NCBI GenBank assembly: GCA_965662845.1
Contig: CBFIJD010000016.1
Location: 26,414-61,542, forward strand
Reading direction: 5' to 3'
From: an uncultured bacterium
Lineage (GTDB): Bacteria; SAR324; NAC60-12
Length of the DNA stretch: 35,129 nt
The notes beneath the pieces are model-generated. The model saw nothing but the letters and a program-made list of their open reading frames with translations, had not been told where the DNA came from and ran no database searches. Shown one piece after another: positions 27,938-35,129 of the stretch; positions within the stretch are counted from its first letter, which is position 1; the number at the start of each line of letters is the position of its first letter. Position numbers and translations under genes: made by a program.

Positions 27938-28034
27938 GTTAGCTCCTCGTTGGAAAGGTTATCGAATCAGTTCGGCGAGGACATTTCGGGGGGATTTTTT
28001 CTTACGAAATAAGGCATCTTCGCGAAACGAGGTC

Positions 28035-28062
28035 ACCTTACAAGAATGAAGGATTATTGCAA
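28035..28062 (-). promoter_or_regulatory. Possible sigma70 promoter of icd-mdh-sucCD
   Basis: TTGCAA, 16-nt spacer, TAAGGT on the minus strand. Confidence 0.35.
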
Positions 28063-28228
28063 ATCTTATCTTGGGTCGTAATTTCCTCCCTGAAACACAG
28101 GAAAGATCTATTAAATCTTTGCGCTAAAAAAATAAGAAAAAGCGAAAAAACGGCCGCCGTATTTGGCGTGATTCGTCAAGTTTTGTCAGAAAAAAGGGGC
28201 GCATGCCGTGTTTGTCAGGAAAGTCCTC

Positions 28229-28257
28229 TTGACAATCTAAAAGCACCTTCACATGAT
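28229..28257 (+). promoter_or_regulatory. Sigma70-type promoter for the 28303 ORF
   Basis: TTGACA, 17-nt spacer, CATGAT. Confidence 0.6.
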
Positions 28258-28302
28258 TAGAGGGTCTTCGTCTCATCCACTTCTCGCCCAATCTCTGGCT
28301 CC

Positions 28303-28779
28303 ATGAAACTACCTGCAGCTCTCGATCTGACCCCAGCGACGCGCTTGAAAAGCGGCCAAATTTACCGCTTCCGTGTGGAACACAAGTGTTATCGCATCAA
28401 TGAACCAGACCACTTTTTGCAGAATTTGTGTGTCGATTTCTTTGGCTATTTGGATGCTCAAGAGCGCATTCATCACTTCAATCGGCCAGTCAGCAACCTC
28501 ACGGCAGAGACGCCGCTGCGAGAGCTGCTGTTGATTCCAGCGATTCAGAGCTTCAAAGCGTTTGAAGTGCCCGATGAGGCAGAGAGCGCTGTTTTGCGAG
28601 GAAGAGTGCCGGCAGAGAGCGCGGAAGAAGGGCAAGCCTTGGCGCTGCTCCAGAAAGTTGCAGAGGCGTTCCCAGCAGATCGACGGACCGCAGACGCCGC
28701 GAAGTTTGACGTTGCTCTGCAAGAGTGGTTGCTTGAGGCAATGCCTGACTATGTGGACTCGCCAGACTTACCTATCTGA
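28303..28779 (+). CDS. Hypothetical cytoplasmic protein
   Basis: 158-aa ORF with an upstream consensus promoter and protein-like composition; no family recognised. Confidence 0.65.
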   Translation: MKLPAALDLTPATRLKSGQIYRFRVEHKCYRINEPDHFLQNLCVDFFGYLDAQERIHHFNRPVSNLTAETPLRELLLIPAIQSFKAFEVPDEAESAVLRGRVPAESAEEGQALALLQKVAEAFPADRRTADAAKFDVALQEWLLEAMPDYVDSPDLPI

Positions 28780-28785
28780 GATCCG

Positions 28786-29142
28786 TTATTCTTCTGCGGA
28801 TTGCCGGGGCTCAAGAACTATTCCATAGTTGACTTGATAGCGGCGGCCTTCATTCGAGACATTCCGACTTCGAGCTTCCTCAACAATTTGCCGCAGTTCT
28901 TGCAGCTCTATTTCACGGCGCTGCTGTCTCTCTGCGTACAAATCTGGACGCGCCGCAGCTTGTTCGGTAAGGATCTGCGCTTTGTCGGCAGCGCTAGTTT
29001 TGGCGGCCTCCAACGTCCCTGTTTGAGACTGTATGAAGCAATCGTAGCGCGCTTGATCCGAGAGATAGCACTCGCGGCGATAGTTTTGTGCAGAGACAAG
29101 GCAAGGAATCAGCATCAAAAGGAGTGGAACAATGCAGCGCAT
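28786..29142 (-). CDS. Hypothetical secreted protein
   Basis: MRCIVPLLLMLIPCLVSA|QN signal-like N-terminus with a helical charged body; the start is 29142 or 29157. Confidence 0.55.
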   Translation of the reverse strand: MRCIVPLLLMLIPCLVSAQNYRRECYLSDQARYDCFIQSQTGTLEAAKTSAADKAQILTEQAAARPDLYAERQQRREIELQELRQIVEEARSRNVSNEGRRYQVNYGIVLEPRQSAEE

Positions 29143-29578
29143 CTGGCTTGTGAGCATATTCGTTTGGGGAGTGAGTTGTGGAACACTTTGGGCACAGGAA
29201 GCGGCCCCAGCGGCGGCGCCGGTCAGCCCAACCGCACCAGAGAATTTGCAAGCGTTGATTCGACAAGAGTCGGAAGCGGCTGTAGATCGCTATTATGCTC
29301 CAGACTCCGATGAAGTTCGTCAAACCGCCGAGCAAGCCAGAGACACGGCGACTTCGCAACCAGCGGCTGTAAGGCATTTTCCATTTCGAGATCGTGAAGC
29401 CGCTCAGGAAGCCCGCGCTGCAGAGTTAGCCGAGATTCGCAAAGCCTACGCAGACCAAATCAACGACAACTACCGTCGCTTTACGGACACTCGGAACCGG
29501 CCTCTGCCCACGAAAGGACGCCGCGGCGACTACACGGCTTTCAACCAGCAGTTCCAAGAGATCAAGCGACGCAACTGA
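29132..29578 (+). CDS. Hypothetical secreted protein
   Basis: Signal-like MQRIWLVSIFVWGVSCGTLWA|QE; AAGGAG RBS at 29119-29124; lies directly upstream of mnmA. Confidence 0.7.
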   Translation: MQRIWLVSIFVWGVSCGTLWAQEAAPAAAPVSPTAPENLQALIRQESEAAVDRYYAPDSDEVRQTAEQARDTATSQPAAVRHFPFRDREAAQEARAAELAEIRKAYADQINDNYRRFTDTRNRPLPTKGRRGDYTAFNQQFQEIKRRN

Positions 29579-29599
29579 TCACCAACAAATGCAAGGACT

Positions 29600-30718
29600 A
29601 TGGCACGCACTCGTGTCGCAATGGCGATGAGCGGCGGCGTCGATTCCTCAGTAGCCGCTGCGCTGCTCAAAGAATCTGGATATGACGTCATCGGCCTACA
29701 CCTAAAACTTTATCATGGCCCAGAAAACGAACGGCGCCAGAAAAGCTGCTGCTCCCTCGATGAAGCCCTCGACGCACGCACCGTCTGCGAGCGGCTAGAC
29801 ATCCCCTTCTACGTCATCGACTTCCAGCAAGAATTTCGCGAAAACGTCATCGACTACTTCGTGTCTGAGTACGCACGTGGCAGGACTCCCAACCCCTGTG
29901 TTATGTGCAACCGCACGATCAAGAGTGAGTTTTTGTTGCACAAGGCCGATGAGCTCGACTGTGAATTCCTCGCAACGGGTCACTACGCGGCCATCAAAAA
30001 TGAAGCACAGACCGGCTTTCCCCAGCTCTGGCGCCCCCTCGATCGACAGAAAGATCAGACCTACTTTTTGCACGGCATCCCAGCTAATGAATTGAATCGC
30101 TTGCTTTTTCCGCTGTCCAACTATATCAAACCCCAGGTTCGTAAAAAGGCGCAGCATCTGCATTTCGCCTCTGCAGACAAACCCGATAGCCAAGAGATTT
30201 GCTTCGTCAGCCGTGACTACCGAGATTTCCTCCAACGACATCTCCCTTCCTCCACTCCCGGCGAATTCATCAGTACAGATGGGAAAGTTCTAGGCCAACA
30301 CCGCGGCATCGCCTTCTACACGGTCGGCCAACGCCGAGGACTAGGCATTAGTGACGCGACCCCCTATTTCGTGGTGGAGCTAGATCCCAACAACAATCGG
30401 GTCATCCTTGGGAAACCGGAAGATTTACAAGTCAACGAGGTAGAGGTCACAGAGGTCAACTGGCTGCTTCCCGCGGCGCCCACACAGCCTTTTGAAGCGC
30501 TTGTTCAGCTGCGATACGCCCACAAAGGATGCATCGCAGAAGTGATTCCTTCTGGAACATCCACCGTGCAACTACGGTTGACGCCCGCTGAGAGAGGCGT
30601 GTCTCCAGGGCAAGCAGCGGTCTTTTACGATGGAGACCGTGTGCTCGGCGGAGGCTGGATCAAAGCTTGTGCACCGCACAGGGATGCGGAGAATTTGGTA
30701 GCGCACGCGGTCGCATGA
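29600..30718 (+). CDS. mnmA: tRNA 2-thiouridine(34) synthase MnmA
   Basis: AMSGGVDSS, GRTPNPCVMCN, ATGHYA, KDQTYFL, DSQEICF, YTVGQRRGLG and PGQAAVFY. Confidence 0.97.
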   Translation: MARTRVAMAMSGGVDSSVAAALLKESGYDVIGLHLKLYHGPENERRQKSCCSLDEALDARTVCERLDIPFYVIDFQQEFRENVIDYFVSEYARGRTPNPCVMCNRTIKSEFLLHKADELDCEFLATGHYAAIKNEAQTGFPQLWRPLDRQKDQTYFLHGIPANELNRLLFPLSNYIKPQVRKKAQHLHFASADKPDSQEICFVSRDYRDFLQRHLPSSTPGEFISTDGKVLGQHRGIAFYTVGQRRGLGISDATPYFVVELDPNNNRVILGKPEDLQVNEVEVTEVNWLLPAAPTQPFEALVQLRYAHKGCIAEVIPSGTSTVQLRLTPAERGVSPGQAAVFYDGDRVLGGGWIKACAPHRDAENLVAHAVA

Positions 30719-31209
30719 ACATCATCCTGACCGGTTTTATGGGGGCGGGGAAGACCACCGTTGGACGCAAATTGGCGAACCGGCTGGGGTACTACTTCCT
30801 CGACACCGACGCCTACATCGAAGCGCAACAAGGTTGCAAGATCGCTGAAATCTTCAACTACGCGGGCGAAGACGCTTTCCGAAACCTTGAAACCAAGTTG
30901 CTGCAACATCTCTTGAACCTGCAAAACACCGTCGTCTCTACGGGAGGCGGAATGGTGCTACGTCCAGAAAACCGAGAGCTGCTCCGCCAAATTGGGCGAG
31001 TGGTCTATCTGAAAGTAGACGAAAAAACTCTTTTGCAACGCTTGCAATCCGACCAACAGCGCCCTTTGTTGCAACAAGAGAATTGGCAACAAAACGTGTG
31101 CAGGATGCTGCAACAACGCGAAGCCTACTACGCTGAAGCTGACCTCACCGTCATCGCGCACGACGGACCACCCCAGGCGATGGTCAGCCAAATCATCGCT
31201 TCTTTGTGA
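30715..31209 (+). CDS. aroK: Shikimate kinase
   Basis: MNIILTGFMGAGKTTVG, GEDAFR, STGGG and RPLL. Start reassigned to ATG 30715 (ATGA overlap with the mnmA stop). Confidence 0.95.
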   Translation: MNIILTGFMGAGKTTVGRKLANRLGYYFLDTDAYIEAQQGCKIAEIFNYAGEDAFRNLETKLLQHLLNLQNTVVSTGGGMVLRPENRELLRQIGRVVYLKVDEKTLLQRLQSDQQRPLLQQENWQQNVCRMLQQREAYYAEADLTVIAHDGPPQAMVSQIIASL

Positions 31210-31451
31210 TGCTCATGAATTCTGTCACCCACTTTGAAGATTCCTTACGGCAGCTCTCCGAAGCTGTGCACAAACTCGAAAGCGGCGACCTTCCTTTAGA
31301 AGAAGCGCTGCAAACTTTTGAAGAAGGTATCCGCCGCAGCCGGGAGTGTCATCACTTGCTGGAGCGCGCGGAACAACGCATTGATTTGATTTTACAAAAC
31401 GAAAACGGCGACTACGAAGTTCAACCTCTCGCAGCAGCCGACTCCCAATGA
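31206..31451 (+). CDS. xseB: Exodeoxyribonuclease VII small subunit
   Basis: FEDSLRQL...LESGDLPLEEALQTFEEGI...C...LERAEQRI. Confidence 0.93.
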   Translation: MMLMNSVTHFEDSLRQLSEAVHKLESGDLPLEEALQTFEEGIRRSRECHHLLERAEQRIDLILQNENGDYEVQPLAAADSQ

Positions 31452-31860
31452 CGCTCAGTATCGGACCGCTTTTTAAGCAAAAGCTCTTCTCCGTCGAGTA
31501 CGCAAGCACGCGAACCTCTTTCGTTCAGGCTTTCCCCCATGTGAACCTTCAAAACCCGAGGTTCGACACCTCAGGGCTAAGGTTCCACAGTCTCGTCTTT
31601 TCTCCGCTGCACATCTCTACCCTGCCCTCTTCGGCACGAGAACTCGGCAACTCCGCCTCGCTTCCTCACAGAACCTGCGCGTTTGCCTCCCCAGAGAAGA
31701 TCCCTGCAACGGACCATTCGATTGCGATGCCCCCCTTCTGTGGGGATTTGCTTCCAATCTGCCTGACAACTAACGCTGGTCCGCCTTTCACTTCGTATTC
31801 TGCGGAGGAGCCTTGTCCTAACTGATCGTCCATCTCCCTCATCACCTATTTAGGAGAAGG

Positions 31861-34698
31861 ATGTCAGACTTCCTCACCAAAATGCTCATCAACGTCGAGG
31901 ACGACGAGACCCGTATCGCAATCGTGCGCAATGGGACTCTCGATAACCTCTACATCGACCACACTCACCGCGCGCAGACAGTCGGCAACATCTACTCCGG
32001 CGTCGTCGTCAAAGTGCAGTCTTCCTTCCAGGCCGCCTTCGTTGACTATGGAGCAGAACGCCACGGCTTCCTCGCGGCTTCTGACCTCAACCCCATGCTC
32101 TTCAAATTCCCCAAAGGAGTGCGTGGGCGCCCCGCCATCAACCAGCTGCTTCGGCCAGGTCAAAACGTTATGGTGCAAGTCGTCAAAGACGAGATCGCTC
32201 ACAAAGGCGCCGCCCTCACCACCAACGTGGCGCTCCCCGGACGTTTCTTGGTCTTCATGCCCAACAGCGACAAAGGCGGGGTCTCTCGCCGCATTGAAGA
32301 CGCCGAGCAGCGCTCTAGATTAAAGCACTTGCTCAAAGGCCTCGGCAGCGAAGACGCCTCTGCGATCATTCGTACCGCCGGAGTAGACCGCTCTCTCACA
32401 GAGCTGAAGCAGGACTTCATGTCGCTGCGGCGCACCTGGAATAAAATCAAAACGCAGTTCGATGCCTCTCGCAAACCAGGCTTGTTGCATCGTGAAGAAG
32501 ACGCCGTGGTGCGCATGCTGCGAGACTATTTCACCGATGACATCGAAGACATTGTGATTGATGACCCAGAGGCGTTCCAACGAGCCCTCGAGTTCTTCCA
32601 AGCGAACATGCCGGGCCGCCAAAAACGCCTATCTCTTTATCTTGGGGAGCGCCCACTCTTGTCGGAAAACGACATCGAAGACCAGATTGAGTGGCTGAAC
32701 AATCCACAAGTTCCGCTGCCTTCCGGCGGCAGCCTCGTGATTCAACCCACCGAGGCGTTGGTCTCCATTGACGTCAACTCTGGCAAATCGAACCAAGAGA
32801 AGAACATTGAAGAAACCGCGCTGCGCTCCAACTTAGAGGCCGCCGAAGAAGTCGCTCGCCAGCTGCGCCTGAGAAACTTGGGGGGACTGGTCGTCATCGA
32901 CTTCATTGATATGTCCAACGCGCAGAATCGACAGGCCGTTGTGCAGCGCTTGGCAGAAGCAATGGAAACCGACAAAGCTCGCTGGACGCTTGGAGAAATT
33001 TCTCAGTTTGGTCTGCTGGAGATGAGCCGCCAACGCATCGCATCGAGCCTGACACAAAGCTGGAAGGAGACCTGCCCCTCCTGTCACGGCTCTGGAAAAG
33101 TGCTCTCTAGCCCATCCCTCGTGAACAAACTGCTGCGCCAAATTCGAGACTCCGTTGTGCGTGGACGCTACCAAGAAGTCCGCGTGCGCCTGCCTTTGGG
33201 GCTCGCAGAGGTGCTGCTGAACAAAAAGCGCAAGCAAGTCCACCAGATCGAAAGCGAGTATGCTGTCCGGATCAACGTCCACTTAGACCCCACGCTGGGA
33301 GAAGCAGAGATCCCCGATATTGAATACGAAGGGCGCGACGGCTATCAAACCTCCGAGTCGTTTTACAGCGACCCCAACGAAGTCTATCGCAACCGAGATT
33401 TCCGTTCTCGTGCAGCTCGAGAGTTGCGTGCGCCTGTGGATGAGACTCCAGACGTCCCCACACGCAACCCGCTGGTTGAAGACACCGACACCACAGAAGA
33501 CGAACTCGATCAGGAGTTGGACGAGACAGAAGAGAACAACACAACAGAGACCAACGAAGAAGATGGGCCGCGCTATCGAAAATCTCGCTCACGAGGGAGA
33601 GGACGGGGCCGGCGTGGTAGGCGCAACCGTGGAGATAATCACCAAGAAGAAGATTGGGAAACAAACGAATCCGAAGAGCCTGAGACCAAAGCAGCGCCTC
33701 CGAAACCAGAGACCTCCGAAGAGGCCACGCCTCCGTTGCTCGTCAAAGGCAAAACGCTCTACAACAGCGTCCATGAAAAATCTGACAAAGAAGACAACAC
33801 TCCTTGGACACCGAAGCAAATTTCACCGTGGAGGCGCAAGCTCCGGATGCTGCCGCCCAACACCACCGTGTTTAGCAGTGTGCACGTAGACGCCCAAGGC
33901 AACATCATCCAACATTTGTCTCCTGTGAGCGGTCTCGCCTTGGGAAACGCGTTCCCCGTCGAAGCCCCAGAAGAGGTGTCCACACACCTGGTTTCGACGG
34001 ACTCCTCCCAGAGCCATGGCGAGGAGACGGAATCTTCCGCGACAACCCCACTCTCCAGCGATTCGAACCGCCCGGACGACCCGCGTTCCTCGACCGCAAA
34101 CAGCCTAGCGGAATCAGCCGACTCCGCGGACGCACCGACGTCGGAGACCGTCTCCGAGAGCAACAACGCCTCAACTACCGACAGCGACAGCGATTCCACA
34201 TCTTGGCAACCCTCGGATGAAGCACCGGAGACCGCCGCTTCTCCGGATCCTGCCGACGCTGCCGCGCCCGCCGAACCACAGCCGGTTGCGCAACAAGAGC
34301 CGGTTGCAGCGGCGACCAAACCTCTCATGAATGTGGAAGCCCCAGCAGAGACGACCGCAACCGCTCCCGCTGCTGGAGACGAGAACAACCTCGCGGTTCC
34401 AGCTGCTAAAGCGGCAACCACGCCTCAAGAAGAAGAGGCTACGGGTGACACCGAAGAAGAAAAAGAAGCCTCGTCTAGCAAACCAAAGCGAGCCGCCGCT
34501 TCACGTCGCTCGACACGCGGGCGAGGCCGTGGTCGTGGACGCGGCACCGCGGACGCTGACACAGAGACTTCCGCAACCGCGCACTCTGAAGACTCTTCTC
34601 TGGAGACCTCTGCCGAGTCAACACCGTCTCTGGTGGCCGGCTCCGGAGATCCTTCCCCCGTCGTGAATGATGGCGAAGCCCCCTCCCCCTCCGTCTAG
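31861..34698 (+). CDS. rne: Ribonuclease E (Rne/Rng family) with long disordered C-terminal scaffold
   Basis: GNIYSGVV, AAFVDYG, LPSGGSLVI, IDVNSG, LRLRNLGGLVVIDFIDM and Zn-link CPSCHGSG; followed by about 450 aa of acidic, Ser/Thr-rich tail with Arg/Gly-rich patches. AGGAG RBS. Confidence 0.95.
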   Translation: MSDFLTKMLINVEDDETRIAIVRNGTLDNLYIDHTHRAQTVGNIYSGVVVKVQSSFQAAFVDYGAERHGFLAASDLNPMLFKFPKGVRGRPAINQLLRPGQNVMVQVVKDEIAHKGAALTTNVALPGRFLVFMPNSDKGGVSRRIEDAEQRSRLKHLLKGLGSEDASAIIRTAGVDRSLTELKQDFMSLRRTWNKIKTQFDASRKPGLLHREEDAVVRMLRDYFTDDIEDIVIDDPEAFQRALEFFQANMPGRQKRLSLYLGERPLLSENDIEDQIEWLNNPQVPLPSGGSLVIQPTEALVSIDVNSGKSNQEKNIEETALRSNLEAAEEVARQLRLRNLGGLVVIDFIDMSNAQNRQAVVQRLAEAMETDKARWTLGEISQFGLLEMSRQRIASSLTQSWKETCPSCHGSGKVLSSPSLVNKLLRQIRDSVVRGRYQEVRVRLPLGLAEVLLNKKRKQVHQIESEYAVRINVHLDPTLGEAEIPDIEYEGRDGYQTSESFYSDPNEVYRNRDFRSRAARELRAPVDETPDVPTRNPLVEDTDTTEDELDQELDETEENNTTETNEEDGPRYRKSRSRGRGRGRRGRRNRGDNHQEEDWETNESEEPETKAAPPKPETSEEATPPLLVKGKTLYNSVHEKSDKEDNTPWTPKQISPWRRKLRMLPPNTTVFSSVHVDAQGNIIQHLSPVSGLALGNAFPVEAPEEVSTHLVSTDSSQSHGEETESSATTPLSSDSNRPDDPRSSTANSLAESADSADAPTSETVSESNNASTTDSDSDSTSWQPSDEAPETAASPDPADAAAPAEPQPVAQQEPVAAATKPLMNVEAPAETTATAPAAGDENNLAVPAAKAATTPQEEEATGDTEEEKEASSSKPKRAAASRRSTRGRGRGRGRGTADADTETSATAHSEDSSLETSAESTPSLVAGSGDPSPVVNDGEAPSPSV

Positions 34699-35129
34699 CC
34701 TCTCGTCTCTCTACCGGCGCTTGCCCTCGATCACAGAGTTGGACCAAGCGCTGAGAGATGCAGGTCTGCCCACAGGGCGACTGGTTCGCCCTCTGCAGCA
34801 GGCATGGCTAGACCGACAGCGTCAACAGATCCCCTTGTGGCACGCTGCGGACAACCTCCCAGATTGGCTGACCGACAAACCGTCGATTCTCGCCCAAGCC
34901 GTCGCAGACTGTTCCGAACAACAGTCGTCTCGCCTCACACGAGTGATCAACGCGACTGGGGTCGTGCTGCACACCAACCTTGGCCGCGCCCCCCTCGCCG
35001 AGAGTGTGTGGTCACAAGCGCAGCTAGCTCTCACCAGCTATGCCGATGTGGAGTTTGCTCTCGACACCGGAGAGCGAGGCCAGCGCATGCAGCGCGTGCA
35101 GCAGCTGTTGTCTCTGCTGAGTGGGGCCA
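34667..35129 (+). CDS. selA: L-seryl-tRNA(Sec) selenium transferase, 5' part (runs off the window edge)
   Basis: Not in the ORF track; hand translation from ATG 34667/34670 gives ...SLYRRLPSITEL...RVINATGVVLHTNLGRAPL...YADVEFALDTGERGQR, the SelA signature. Confidence 0.92.
   Translation, partial: MMAKPPPPPSSLSSLYRRLPSITELDQALRDAGLPTGRLVRPLQQAWLDRQRQQIPLWHAADNLPDWLTDKPSILAQAVADCSEQQSSRLTRVINATGVVLHTNLGRAPLAESVWSQAQLALTSYADVEFALDTGERGQRMQRVQQLLSLLSGA

Noticed and set aside
31448..31825. 125-aa ORF between xseB and rne
   Set aside because: It is Ser/Pro/Phe-rich with no recognisable motif and is more plausibly a non-coding rne leader, although the ATGA overlap with xseB means it cannot be fully excluded.

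Overview
This 35 kb bacterial chromosomal window (roughly mid-50s % GC by eye) is mostly core and nutrient-scavenging genes. I found no rRNA, tRNA, CRISPR array or mobile element. Left to right: the pstS-pstC-pstA phosphate ABC transporter (minus; pstA runs off the left edge); a minus-strand operon of secreted hypothetical protein, CHASE2 class III adenylate cyclase and riboflavin synthase; a plus-strand crcB-eno-bactofilin-comEC cluster; a large secreted protein resembling a divergent PhoX-type phosphatase; a NIT/5xPAS histidine kinase followed by a REC-histidine kinase; an acetate-permease-type operon (DUF4212, SSS symporter, CBS/DUF294, small membrane protein); icd-mdh-sucC-sucD; three hypotheticals; mnmA-aroK-xseB; rne; and the 5' part of selA at the right edge. 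The most striking unexplained signal is an 11-bp-periodic direct-repeat operator (YCTAAY-like half-sites) upstream of both pstS and the PhoX-like gene, 10 kb apart. It suggests a Pho regulon with a non-E. coli-type Pho box. The gene content would fit a marine deltaproteobacterium-like organism such as SAR324, but that is a low-confidence inference. All family assignments are motif recognition by eye; no database search was run.
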